Of a DNA stretch of 64,000 nucleotides, positions 9,740 through 18,633 are shown piece after piece. The number at the start of each line of letters is the position of its first letter. The first letter of the stretch is position 1. The notes beneath the pieces were generated by a model. It was given only the letters and a program-made list of their open reading frames with translations. It was not told the DNA's origin and did no database searches. The translations under genes and the position numbers were made by a program. The stretch is from Bacteroidia bacterium (lineage in GTDB: Bacteria; Bacteroidota; Bacteroidia; NS11-12g; UBA955), in assembly GCA_965659745.1 (NCBI GenBank), contig CBFHXF010000005.1, positions 7,913 through 71,912 on the forward strand, in the 5' to 3' direction.

Positions 9740-10408
9740 ATGTTGAAGGTAGCAGGTGTAAATAAGTTTTTTCACGACCCGGTAGAAGTGCAGGTTCTAA
9801 GGAATATTTCGTTTGAAATGAAATCGGGTGAATTTGCTTCGATTATGGGAAAATCGGGATGTGGAAAAAGCACCCTGTTGTATATATTAAGTACTATGGA
9901 TACCGATTATTCGGGAGATGTTTGGTTGGGCGATCACCATTTTGGCTCGTTGAAACCCGATGCCTTGGCCCACCTTCGCAACGAACATATTGGTTTTGTA
10001 TTTCAATTTCACTATTTGCTTCCTGAGTTCACGGTATTGCAAAATGTTATGATGCCCGCTCTGAAACTGGGTAAATTAAGTCCCGCAGAAATTGAATACG
10101 AGGCCATGGAACAGCTGCGTTTATTAGATATACAAGACCAAGCGTTGAAGATGGCAACTCGTATATCGGGCGGACAGAAGCAACGGGTAGCCATTGCCAG
10201 GGCATTGATTAACAAACCCAGTATTATTATGGGAGATGAACCCACCGGCAATTTAGATTCGAAAAATGCGGAGATGGTTTTCGATATTTTTAAAGAGTTG
10301 AGCAAAGAAAAAGGAACCTCCTTATTGATAGTGACTCATGATGAAGATTTTGCCAAAAAAACCGACCGCGTAATCGTCATGGCAGACGGTGAAATTATCT
10401 CTCAATAA
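9740..10408 (+). CDS. ABC transporter ATP-binding protein (LolD/MacB-type)
   Basis: Walker A GKSGCGKST, signature ISGGQKQRVAIARAL, Walker B IIMGDEPTGNLD. Confidence 0.9.
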   Translation: MLKVAGVNKFFHDPVEVQVLRNISFEMKSGEFASIMGKSGCGKSTLLYILSTMDTDYSGDVWLGDHHFGSLKPDALAHLRNEHIGFVFQFHYLLPEFTVLQNVMMPALKLGKLSPAEIEYEAMEQLRLLDIQDQALKMATRISGGQKQRVAIARALINKPSIIMGDEPTGNLDSKNAEMVFDIFKELSKEKGTSLLIVTHDEDFAKKTDRVIVMADGEIISQ

Positions 10409-10419
10409 AAAAATAAAGT

Positions 10420-10450
10420 TTGCGCAGGGCCAAAAAAAGTGGTATTTTTG
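10420..10450 (+). promoter_or_regulatory. Bacteroidota sigma-A type promoter (-33 TTG / -7 TATTTTTG) for tRNA-Cys
   Basis: TTG at 10420-10422, then 20 nt, then TATTTTTG at 10443-10450 (fits TAnnTTTG), 18 nt upstream of the tRNA. The same 17-mer recurs upstream of rpmE2. Confidence 0.5.
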
Positions 10451-10467
10451 CAGTCCTTTAATAACAA

Positions 10468-10538
10468 GGTCGGATGGCCGAGCGGCTAGGCACAGGTCTG
10501 CAAAACCTTTTACACCGGTTCGAATCCGGTTCCGACCT
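10468..10538 (+). tRNA. tRNA-Cys (anticodon GCA)
   Basis: Cloverleaf folded by hand. Acceptor GGTCGGA/TCCGACC, anticodon loop CTGCAAA, T arm ACCGG-TTCGAAT-CCGGT, discriminator T. No encoded CCA. Confidence 0.9.
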
Positions 10539-10548
10539 CCTCAGAAAA

Positions 10549-10575
10549 GCTGCTTGTAATCAAGCAGCTTTTTTT
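10549..10575 (+). terminator. Rho-independent terminator after tRNA-Cys
   Basis: GCTGCTTG-taat-CAAGCAGC perfect 8-bp stem followed by TTTTTTT. Confidence 0.8.
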
Positions 10576-10729
10576 ATGGGTAAAAACGGGGCTTTTTTAA
10601 TGAATACATCCGAAGGACACAAATACATTCTTTTACCTTAAATCAGATTTTGCGATTATTACAAATCTTAATTTGAGATTCTATTGCTTAGGTATAGGGG
10701 AAACGATACTATGCTGTGTTCAAGCAAGT

Positions 10730-11119
10730 ATGATGAATACAAAACTTAGCATTGAAAGCACTTCCCAATTTATTTCAGAGAATTTTTTTGAGTTTGTTCC
10801 GAGTCAAGAAAGATTGAGTTTCCCGATTATCCAGAGATTATATCTAAAGATGTGCATTGGAATACAATTTGCCCCTCTCAAAATATGTGATAGTTTAATT
10901 ATAGACGGTCATCATCGATATATAGCGGCTTGCCTCGCAGAAATCAAATGCGAGTTTGTCCCTGCGCAAAGCAGTTCTAGTATAAGAGAGGTTATGTGGC
11001 AATCTGTTAAAATTGTATCTGAAGATTGGGATACCCCTCAAATTATTCAAGAAATGAATATTACTGACGCCCAATACAATAATATCAACTTAAACACACT
11101 TAATCAATTAATTGAATAA
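10730..11119 (+). CDS. Small ParB/Srx-fold (ParB N-terminal-like) domain protein
   Basis: The motif LIIDGHHRYIAA matches the DGxHR core of ParB/sulfiredoxin-fold domains. ~129 aa from MMNTK; the ORF track starts at a TTG at 10673. AT-rich. Confidence 0.4.
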   Translation: MMNTKLSIESTSQFISENFFEFVPSQERLSFPIIQRLYLKMCIGIQFAPLKICDSLIIDGHHRYIAACLAEIKCEFVPAQSSSSIREVMWQSVKIVSEDWDTPQIIQEMNITDAQYNNINLNTLNQLIE

Positions 11120-11137
11120 AATAAGTAGTTTTGTGTA

Positions 11138-11596
11138 ATGCTGATATTTTTGGACATAGACGGGGTAATGCTACCCTGTAAAAGTTGGGTAAATCCCCAG
11201 AACTTATCAGATGGTTTTCCTGCATTTAGCAATAAGGCTATAGGAGTACTCAATAAAATAATTACCCCTGACACCACTATTATTATTACGTCTTCTCACA
11301 AATCGCGATTCAATCCGCAAGAATGGAAAGACATCTTTAAACGTCGCGGAATTCCTATCGATAATCTTACCACCTTAAAACCTGCTTCATTTGGCATGAG
11401 TAGAAAAGAGGAAATCCTAAATTGGTTTAAATTCAATCCTTTAAATGAAGACTTTATTATTATCGATGATGATAAATCTCTCAATGACTTACCCCCTTCA
11501 ATAAAAGCATCACTAATTCAAACGAGTGCCACAATCGGATTAACTGAGAAACATTTTGAGGAAATCTTATCAAAATTCAAGTCTCCAACCCACTAA
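11138..11596 (+). CDS. Stand-alone HAD-superfamily phosphatase, HAD_SAK-like (RNA-repair associated type)
   Basis: Motif I at the extreme N-terminus (MLIFLDIDGVM), motif II IIITSSH, motif IV FIIIDDD. 152 aa with no cap domain. Confidence 0.55.
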   Translation: MLIFLDIDGVMLPCKSWVNPQNLSDGFPAFSNKAIGVLNKIITPDTTIIITSSHKSRFNPQEWKDIFKRRGIPIDNLTTLKPASFGMSRKEEILNWFKFNPLNEDFIIIDDDKSLNDLPPSIKASLIQTSATIGLTEKHFEEILSKFKSPTH

Positions 11597-11607
11597 ATCG
11601 TTACAGA

Positions 11608-12057
11608 TTAAGATTTCTTATAGAACAATGCCGCTATCAACACCCCGGCGGCATCGGCGGCCAGATCGGCCCACTCAGCTTCTCTGCCCCAGTTCAATTG
11701 ATGTTGGGCAATTTCTATTAAGGCCCCAAAAAAAATCATCACACTAATGCCTAACAGGCGTTCTTTTCGGTTCAACCTTGCCAAATTCTGGGATCCTACT
11801 ACTTCGAAATTTGAAGAGCGATCGGCAGCTGCCAATTGCGGCCGTTTTAAGTAAAAATATCCATAGAGCCCATACCAAATTCCCCAGAAAGCAAAGTGGG
11901 CCACTTTGTCAACGGGCAGTCCGGCCAACCATGAAGGCAGCGAAACAATATCGCCAGCAGATTTAGGCCTCAGGGTTAAATATAGAATCAAAAATCCCCA
12001 CGTTACCGCGGGGATTAATGGTGTTTTAGTTCTTATTAATTGAAATACAGCGGGCAT
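11608..12057 (-). CDS. VanZ family membrane protein
   Basis: 149 aa, 4 TM, with DKVAHFAFWG and a C-terminal E..Q....R..EW.D..AD..G pattern typical of VanZ. Confidence 0.7.
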   Translation of the reverse strand: MPAVFQLIRTKTPLIPAVTWGFLILYLTLRPKSAGDIVSLPSWLAGLPVDKVAHFAFWGIWYGLYGYFYLKRPQLAAADRSSNFEVVGSQNLARLNRKERLLGISVMIFFGALIEIAQHQLNWGREAEWADLAADAAGVLIAALFYKKS

Positions 12058-12059
12058 GA

Positions 12060-12440
12060 TTATGCACCTACCATTTCACGGTATTGCTCGGCAGACATAA
12101 GTCCATCGATTTGCGAAGCATCGCTCAATTTCACGCGTACCATCCAACCGCTTCCGTAAGGATCCGAATTTACGTTTTCAGGGGCGTTTTCAAGATCGGC
12201 ATTAACCTCTAAAATTTCGCCAGAAACGGGCATATACAATTCGCTCACAGTTTTCACTGCTTCTACCGAACCGAACACTTCCTCTGCGTCTAGGGTTTCA
12301 CCTTCGCTGCTGATGTCAACGAACACGATATCGCCCAATTCACCTTGTGCAAATTCGGTAATACCAATTTTTGCCTCATCTCCTTCTACCAAAATCCACT
12401 CGTGGTCTTTGGTGTACTTTAAATTTTCAGGAAAGTTCAT
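12060..12440 (-). CDS. gcvH: Glycine cleavage system protein H
   Basis: 126 aa. YTKDHEWI..., and the lipoyl-lysine motif [18 protein letters not shown]. Confidence 0.95.
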   Translation of the reverse strand: MNFPENLKYTKDHEWILVEGDEAKIGITEFAQGELGDIVFVDISSEGETLDAEEVFGSVEAVKTVSELYMPVSGEILEVNADLENAPENVNSDPYGSGWMVRVKLSDASQIDGLMSAEQYREMVGA

Positions 12441-12450
12441 ATTTGTTTTA

Positions 12451-13362
12451 TTAATGTTTCTTTTTATTCCAAATAATGGAAAGTAATGTGCTTAATTTTT
12501 CTCTTAAATCGTTACGCGATACAATAAAATCTAAAAAGCCATGCTCCAATAAAAACTCACTACTTTGGAAGCCTTTAGGCAAATCTTTTCCGATTGTTTC
12601 ACGTATAACGCGCGGACCTGCGAAACCAATTAAGGCCTCAGGTTCTGCAATGTTGAAATCGCCCAACATAGCATACGAAGCCGTAACCCCACCCGTTGTA
12701 GGATTCGTCATTAATGAGATGTAAGGAATCTTTGCTTTGCTTAACAGCGCCAACTTCGCAGAAGTCTTGGCCATTTGCATCAAAGAAAAGGCCGCTTCCA
12801 TCATTCGAGCTCCTCCCGATTTTGATATCATCAAAAATGGGGTTTGGGTAGCCAAACAATGATCAATCATTCGAGCTATCTTCTCTCCCACTACACTTCC
12901 CATAGAACCCCCAATAAAGGCAAAATCCATGCATGCAACACCCAATGGTGTACCATTGATTTTGCCATAAGCTGTTCTAACGGCGTCTGTTAATCCCGTT
13001 TTACTTTGGGCTACCTTAATACGATCTACGTAAGGAGCGGTATCGGTGAAGGAAAGCGGATCTCCAGAGCTTAAACCTGCATTGATTTCTGTGTATTTCC
13101 CATTGTCGAATAACAATTGAAAATAGGCTTCAGATCCAATGCGATCGTGGTAATTACAACTCGGACAAACGTAGAGATTATCGATCCACTCCTTTGCAGG
13201 TTGAACCTCTTTACACCGCTTGCACTTTTCCCATAACCCATCGGGCGTAGGTTTCTTATCTTTTGTTTTGGTTAAAATTCCGGAGAGCGTGCGAACATAC
13301 CACTTCGAATCTGAAGCGTCATGATCGTCAAAATCTTCGAAACCGTGTTCTACCGTAGACAT
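12451..13362 (-). CDS. accD: Acetyl-CoA carboxylase carboxyltransferase beta subunit
   Basis: Zn ribbon CKRC..(15)..CPSCNYH, then the carboxyltransferase core [13 protein letters not shown]. Confidence 0.95.
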   Translation of the reverse strand: MSTVEHGFEDFDDHDASDSKWYVRTLSGILTKTKDKKPTPDGLWEKCKRCKEVQPAKEWIDNLYVCPSCNYHDRIGSEAYFQLLFDNGKYTEINAGLSSGDPLSFTDTAPYVDRIKVAQSKTGLTDAVRTAYGKINGTPLGVACMDFAFIGGSMGSVVGEKIARMIDHCLATQTPFLMISKSGGARMMEAAFSLMQMAKTSAKLALLSKAKIPYISLMTNPTTGGVTASYAMLGDFNIAEPEALIGFAGPRVIRETIGKDLPKGFQSSEFLLEHGFLDFIVSRNDLREKLSTLLSIIWNKKKH

Positions 13363-13371
13363 GAATCGAAA

Positions 13372-14430
13372 TTAAGCAATGGTTACTGAAGAATCCAAAT
13401 AAACGTCTTGAACTGAGTTTAATAATTGAATTCCTTCGTTCATTGGTTTTTGGAACGCCTTACGACCCAAAATCAATCCAGACCCACCGGCACGCTTGTT
13501 AACTACTGCTGTGGTTACTGCCTCTTCGATGTCTCCTTGTCCTTTACTTTCGCCTCCAGAATTGATTAAACCTGCGCGACCCATATAGCAGTTAGCTACT
13601 TGATAACGGGTTAAATCGATCGGATGATCGGTAGTCAATTCAGAATATACTTTAGGATGTGTTTTTCCATGCTTAGTTGCATTATAACCGCCATTGTTGG
13701 TAGGTAATTTCTGCTTGATGATATCGGCCTGAATCGTAACTCCTAAGTGATTGGCTTGAGAAGTTAAATCCGCCGCAGTATGATAATCCACCCCATCTAC
13801 TTTGAAACCGTTGTTACGGGTATAACACCACAAAATAGTAGCCATTCCTAATTCATGCGCTTCTTCAAATGCTTGTGCTACTTCGATGATTTGACGGTTG
13901 CTGTCTTCACTACCGAAATAAATAGTAGCTCCTACTGCCGCAGCCCCTAAATTCCAAGCTTCACGAACGCTACCGAACATGATTTGCTCATAGGTATTGG
14001 GGTATGAAAGAAATTCATTGTGGTTAATTTTAACTACAAAAGGAATTTTATGCGCGTATTTGCGAGAATTCATAGCCAATACACCATAAGTAGAAGCAAC
14101 GGCATTACAACCGCCTTCAATAGCCAATTTAATGATGTTCTCTGGATCGAAATATATAGGATTGGGAGCAAAAGAAGATCCCGCACTGTGCTCTATTCCT
14201 TGGTCAACCGGAAGTATGCTTAAATACCCCGTATTGGCTAAACGACCGTTACCGTATAGCGACTGCAACGAACGCAATACCTGCGTATTGCGATTGGTTT
14301 GTGCGAATACACGATCCACAAAATCTCCACCTGGAGTATGAATGTGTTCTTTGGGGATGGTCGTACAGGTGTGACCTAATAAATAGGAAGCGTCTTTTCC
14401 TAATAATTGTTCGATGTTAGATTGAGGCAT
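13372..14430 (-). CDS. fbaB: Class I fructose-bisphosphate aldolase (FbaB/DhnA type)
   Basis: 352 aa, collinear in length and motifs with E. coli FbaB-type class I aldolases ([25 protein letters not shown]). Confidence 0.85.
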   Translation of the reverse strand: MPQSNIEQLLGKDASYLLGHTCTTIPKEHIHTPGGDFVDRVFAQTNRNTQVLRSLQSLYGNGRLANTGYLSILPVDQGIEHSAGSSFAPNPIYFDPENIIKLAIEGGCNAVASTYGVLAMNSRKYAHKIPFVVKINHNEFLSYPNTYEQIMFGSVREAWNLGAAAVGATIYFGSEDSNRQIIEVAQAFEEAHELGMATILWCYTRNNGFKVDGVDYHTAADLTSQANHLGVTIQADIIKQKLPTNNGGYNATKHGKTHPKVYSELTTDHPIDLTRYQVANCYMGRAGLINSGGESKGQGDIEEAVTTAVVNKRAGGSGLILGRKAFQKPMNEGIQLLNSVQDVYLDSSVTIA

Positions 14431-14482
14431 GAGAAATTCCTTTTAAACGATTAATTTTGGACAAAAATAACCATTTTTCCCA

Positions 14483-14908
14483 ATGATTGAGATTCAAGAA
14501 GCGCGCAAAGGTTCACAAATGTTAGAGATTTTCGAAATTAGACGTCATGTTTTCGTACTAGAACAAGCAGTAGACCCCAAAGAAGAGTACGATGAATTCG
14601 AAAATAGCAGCACCCATTTTATCGCTAAATTCAAGGGAGTAGCCGCCGGAACTTGTCGATTTAGAGAAACCGACAAGGGCATAAAATTAGAACGATTTGC
14701 CGTTTTAAAGTCCTACAGAGGCAAACGAATCGGTGCCGCTTTGGTGGAAAAATGTTTAGAAAAAATTGGCGATACCGACAAAATGATCTACCTACACGGA
14801 CAATTACAGGCAGTTCCGTTCTATGAAAAGCTCGGTTTTGAATGCACGGGTCCCCAATTTGAAGAAGCCGGAATTGAACATTTTAAAATGTATTACAATC
14901 CACGGTAA
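14483..14908 (+). CDS. GNAT family N-acetyltransferase
   Basis: 141 aa. Acetyl-CoA motif A region RGKRIGAALVE. The 3' end overlaps the convergent GT4 gene by 16 nt. Confidence 0.8.
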   Translation: MIEIQEARKGSQMLEIFEIRRHVFVLEQAVDPKEEYDEFENSSTHFIAKFKGVAAGTCRFRETDKGIKLERFAVLKSYRGKRIGAALVEKCLEKIGDTDKMIYLHGQLQAVPFYEKLGFECTGPQFEEAGIEHFKMYYNPR

Positions 14909-16119
14909 AACTGCAGTAACGATTCGGTATTCTTCACCGAACTGTGATACTCCAAGCAATATTGATGCCCAAGTTTTGCCATGTCGATGGCCTTTTTTCG
15001 GTTGTGCAATAACTCTATCAAAGCCTGAGCCAATTCTTTTGCAGGGCCCGCAATTTCTATAAATCGTTTTATTTCTTCCGGGGGAAGCCCTTGAACGGCT
15101 GTGGGTGTAGCTACACACGGAATGCCCAATGATAGGGCTTCTATCAATTTCATTCGTATGCCACTGCCCGCCAATAAGGGTACTACCGCAATGCCATGCG
15201 CCCGCATGAAAGCGCGGGCATCGGCAACTTCACCGTGGTTGTGCACGCCAGTTTGAAAAAACATTTTTGCATGCGCCTGTATTCCTTTACCCGCCACATG
15301 AAAATTCAAATTAGGATGCGCTGCTTTAACTAAAGGCCATACCTTCGACAAAAACCACTGTAGGGCTTGTACATTGGCATCCCATTCCATAGACCCGATG
15401 TGAAATAGAGAATCGGGTTGTATTTTGACCTCGATTTTCAATGGTGTTTTAACACTTGGAAGGTGCAAATGCACCTTATTAATGGTATTTGTACCGAAAT
15501 AGTCGCAATCTACCTGAGAAATTCCCACTACGGCCGTAGCCGTTTTTATCAGCTGTAACTCTTCTTTTTTAAGTCTTTTACTCTGGATTCTTAAATACAT
15601 CCGTTTGACCCAATTAGAATCGTGGTTGGCCAATCGCGACCAAATTTCATGCTCTACATTATGGGCTCGGTATACTACAGGAATACCCGATTCTTGAATA
15701 TCTGAGACAGAGGCGTTCAATAATTCCCCCCAAAAGGATAGGCTTTTGAACAGCAGCGGATATGAATACAAGCCTTCTATTTGAACTAAGTCAAATTTGC
15801 GTTCGGCAATGAGGGCCGTTAAAGCCGCCGATGCGCTTACACTAAAGTACCGCTCTAGAAAATAGCTTCCCCCGAAAAATAAATTTTTGAAGGCATTCAG
15901 AGGTTTGATGGAGGCATCTAAGGGCGTGGTGATGACTTCGCAAAAAGAGAGATTTTCCTGAATTGTTTGTTCAGAAACGAAGTGTTTTTGCGTATTGTAA
16001 GTGAAATAGGTGACCTGATTTCCGGCTTGACTCAGCGATTCTAGGAGCTGATAAGTGGCCACCGCACCGCCGTCATGCAAAGGCCAAGGAACCCTATTTC
16101 CAACAACTAAAATATTCAT
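14893..16119 (-). CDS. Glycosyltransferase family 4 (GT-B, Glycos_transf_1)
   Basis: MNILVVGNRVPWPLHDGG N-terminus and a C-terminal E..SLGIPCVAT motif. Confidence 0.8.
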   Translation of the reverse strand: MNILVVGNRVPWPLHDGGAVATYQLLESLSQAGNQVTYFTYNTQKHFVSEQTIQENLSFCEVITTPLDASIKPLNAFKNLFFGGSYFLERYFSVSASAALTALIAERKFDLVQIEGLYSYPLLFKSLSFWGELLNASVSDIQESGIPVVYRAHNVEHEIWSRLANHDSNWVKRMYLRIQSKRLKKEELQLIKTATAVVGISQVDCDYFGTNTINKVHLHLPSVKTPLKIEVKIQPDSLFHIGSMEWDANVQALQWFLSKVWPLVKAAHPNLNFHVAGKGIQAHAKMFFQTGVHNHGEVADARAFMRAHGIAVVPLLAGSGIRMKLIEALSLGIPCVATPTAVQGLPPEEIKRFIEIAGPAKELAQALIELLHNRKKAIDMAKLGHQYCLEYHSSVKNTESLLQFYRGL

Positions 16120-17555
16120 GAGTGTACCGAAATTGGCGGCTTATTGGACTTGATTCTTTTGCGCCGAGGCTCCCAAAGATTGCGGTCAGACAAGGCCTTG
16201 CGGGTAATAAAAATAGCGATTCCCAACAACAATGCACTGCTCATCCACATGCCCAACCATACGGGAACAATTAGTCCCTTACCCATCTTCTCACCGGTTA
16301 AATTCAAGGCGTAAAACAACACAAACAGCAACACGCTTATGACTAATGGAAGTCCGATTCCGCCCTTTTTGATGATGGCTCCCAAAGGCGCTGAAATTAA
16401 AAAGAGAATCATCAATAAGAACGAAAAAGCGAACTTCTTATGCCATTCGCTTTGGTATAAGGCCACATCTTTCCATTCGTAATCTTGCGACGAAGCATAG
16501 CCGTCTAAAGTACCCTTAATGCCCTTTGCCGTGGACAATGCCAGATTGCGCATGTTGGCGCGTTTACTCGAATCAAAATTGTTGTAAATATTCGTATCGA
16601 CGAGAGTAATGCGGTTGTCTAAAGGACGGACTTGGGTATTCTGACTCGGGAATAAAGTGGGATAATGAATCAGGCGACTGAGATAGCGTTCGTTGTCGGC
16701 ATAATGCTTTTCCATGCGAATATGGAAGGTATCAATTTCCAACTGCAACTGATTTAAATTCAACAATCGGTAATCCGTGGCCAAATGTTCGCGATTGGCA
16801 AAATTGAAATCCAAGCTCGATAAATCCACTACCATTTGCTGCTTTTCGAAATACATCTTATTGAAGGGCAGGGTCCTTCGGTAATTTTCAGCAGAGGTCA
16901 TTTCCTCATATCGAACTCCATCAAACAGCGTAAAATTAAGAGTGCGCTTATCCTGGGAAAGCTTCATGGTTCCGTCTTTCGCCCGTATCACATTCAATCG
17001 TTTGCTGTCGTCTTTCTTATATTCATAAATGAGCACATCGTGAACCGTTTCATTATCCTCCTCCTTTTTACCTACTGAAATTGCTACGCCTTCAATTTGT
17101 TGGTAAAACTGTCCGGGCTCTATATTAAAAGCGGGCTTTTTAGAGCGCACCTCCATTAACATGGCCTTGCCCTCCAGATTGGCTTTCGGGATCACATAGT
17201 TGAGGAATAGGAAATTCATCACTACGAGTCCACACATGAACAGGAAAACCGGACGTAAAATGCGAATTAAAGATATGCCATTGGCTTTCATGGATACTAA
17301 TTCGAAACTTTCGGATAGATTCCCGAAGGTCATCAAACCTGCCACCATCACCGTCATCGGCAGTGCCATGGGCACTAAATCGGCCAATGAAAGTCCGATC
17401 AATTTTAGTAATACCAGGGTTGGAATGCCTTTACCAACTAATTCGTCTATGTATTTCCATAGAAACTGCATTAAAAACAGGAACAAACTCAGTAAAAATG
17501 TAACGGCAAATAGCCGTACATACATGCGGAGAATGAGCACATCAATGCGTTTCAC
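16116..17555 (-). CDS. LptF/LptG family LPS export permease
   Basis: YjgP/YjgQ architecture: 3 TM, a large periplasmic beta-jellyroll, then 3 TM. N-terminus ILRMYVRLF... ATGA overlap with the downstream GT4 gene. Confidence 0.8.
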   Translation of the reverse strand: MKRIDVLILRMYVRLFAVTFLLSLFLFLMQFLWKYIDELVGKGIPTLVLLKLIGLSLADLVPMALPMTVMVAGLMTFGNLSESFELVSMKANGISLIRILRPVFLFMCGLVVMNFLFLNYVIPKANLEGKAMLMEVRSKKPAFNIEPGQFYQQIEGVAISVGKKEEDNETVHDVLIYEYKKDDSKRLNVIRAKDGTMKLSQDKRTLNFTLFDGVRYEEMTSAENYRRTLPFNKMYFEKQQMVVDLSSLDFNFANREHLATDYRLLNLNQLQLEIDTFHIRMEKHYADNERYLSRLIHYPTLFPSQNTQVRPLDNRITLVDTNIYNNFDSSKRANMRNLALSTAKGIKGTLDGYASSQDYEWKDVALYQSEWHKKFAFSFLLMILFLISAPLGAIIKKGGIGLPLVISVLLFVLFYALNLTGEKMGKGLIVPVWLGMWMSSALLLGIAIFITRKALSDRNLWEPRRKRIKSNKPPISVHS

Positions 17556-17594
17556 GGCGCAAAGGTAGGGGAAAATCCACGAAGCGACTCTTCC

Positions 17595-18632
17595 CTATTT
17601 TTGAGGAAGAAACACAAAACCAGAGGGGATAATTCCCGAGAAAAATGAATTTTTTATCGAATCTGCGCCGGCATTGAGTATCACTACACGACCTTTTCGG
17701 ATGTAATCATAGGGATCGGCAATGTAAATATCGCCGTTCTGCGGATTTACTGCCAAGCCATATCCTGTTGTGTAAGGCACTACTTGAACAAAAACAGATT
17801 TCTTCGGATTGCGCAAATCACAACATTCCAAATTGCCTCCAACGAGCATCCATAAAGAGTCACGCGAGAGCGATAGGCACATGCGGGTTAAATTATTTTT
17901 TGGGGGAAATTCAACACGCTCGGTAACCGCAAAATCGGCATTCAGGCAGGTCAAACTCGACGAATCTGCATCGTTAGCTCCCACCCAAAGTCGGTTTTGA
18001 GCATCGACGCTTAAAAATTGAGCCCCTTTTGGACACGTTATTAACTTACTGATATCGGTTTGAGGGTCGTAAACCCAGATATATCCGTCATAAACGGCCG
18101 AAACTATTTGGTTATTGTATTCTATAATATGCTCCGTCCACCCAACTCGGGTTCCTGTGGCATTTTTCCGAACGGGTATGATTCGGGAGCTTAACGATTG
18201 GGTATCGAGCACAGTAACCGCATTGTTTTCTAAATCGCTTATGTATAATTTCCCATTAAGGGCAGTAGCAAATCTCGGAGATTTGCCGACATTCACTTGG
18301 TGTTTGACTTTAAGCGTTTCAGGGTTCACCCCTACGATAAGGCCGCTATTGTTTACCACCAACCACAAGGTATTTCCATATAACAAACCCGATTGTAATA
18401 CATCACCAATGGGTCTATTATTTACGGCCTCAAAAGCATTGGACCAAAGCGTATTAGAATCGGGATTGTAGATATCAAGCTGGGCATTATTCCACATGAA
18501 ATTTCCTTCACATAAAACCGCCACTCTTGCGTCTTTTGCCGAAACGTTAACATTACCCGAATCCACGGGCTCTTTTATACAAGAGCCCATGAAAAAGATT
18601 ATAATCGCTATTAATGTGGTGCGTATTTGCAT
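17595..18632 (-). CDS. Surface beta-propeller lipoprotein (YncE-like / DUF5074-like), cobalamin-locus associated
   Basis: Lipobox FFMGSC. Repeated blade motifs (LYISDLENNAVTVLD, IYIADPYDY..GRVVIL). 1 nt from the upstream gene. Confidence 0.6.
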   Translation of the reverse strand: MQIRTTLIAIIIFFMGSCIKEPVDSGNVNVSAKDARVAVLCEGNFMWNNAQLDIYNPDSNTLWSNAFEAVNNRPIGDVLQSGLLYGNTLWLVVNNSGLIVGVNPETLKVKHQVNVGKSPRFATALNGKLYISDLENNAVTVLDTQSLSSRIIPVRKNATGTRVGWTEHIIEYNNQIVSAVYDGYIWVYDPQTDISKLITCPKGAQFLSVDAQNRLWVGANDADSSSLTCLNADFAVTERVEFPPKNNLTRMCLSLSRDSLWMLVGGNLECCDLRNPKKSVFVQVVPYTTGYGLAVNPQNGDIYIADPYDYIRKGRVVILNAGADSIKNSFFSGIIPSGFVFLPQK

Positions 18633-18633
18633 T

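Noticed and set aside
10576-10641. 21-codon ORF (MGKNGAFLMNTSEGHKYILLP) between the tRNA terminator and the ParB-like gene.
   Set aside because: It is too short, with no hydrophobic or other recognisable character. It cannot be supported from sequence alone.
10468-11607. Possible integrative mobile element inserted at tRNA-Cys.
   Set aside because: There is no integrase, recombinase or transposase ORF. By eye I found no direct repeat of the tRNA 3' end at the distal boundary. I kept it only as a compositionally odd two-gene cassette.
14896-14915. CCACGGTAAAACTGCAG resembles the CCACGGTTAAAACTGTGG hairpin unit at 59820.
   Set aside because: It lies within two overlapping coding regions (the GNAT stop and the GT4 C-terminus) and the second arm does not pair. 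The resemblance is probably coincidental.
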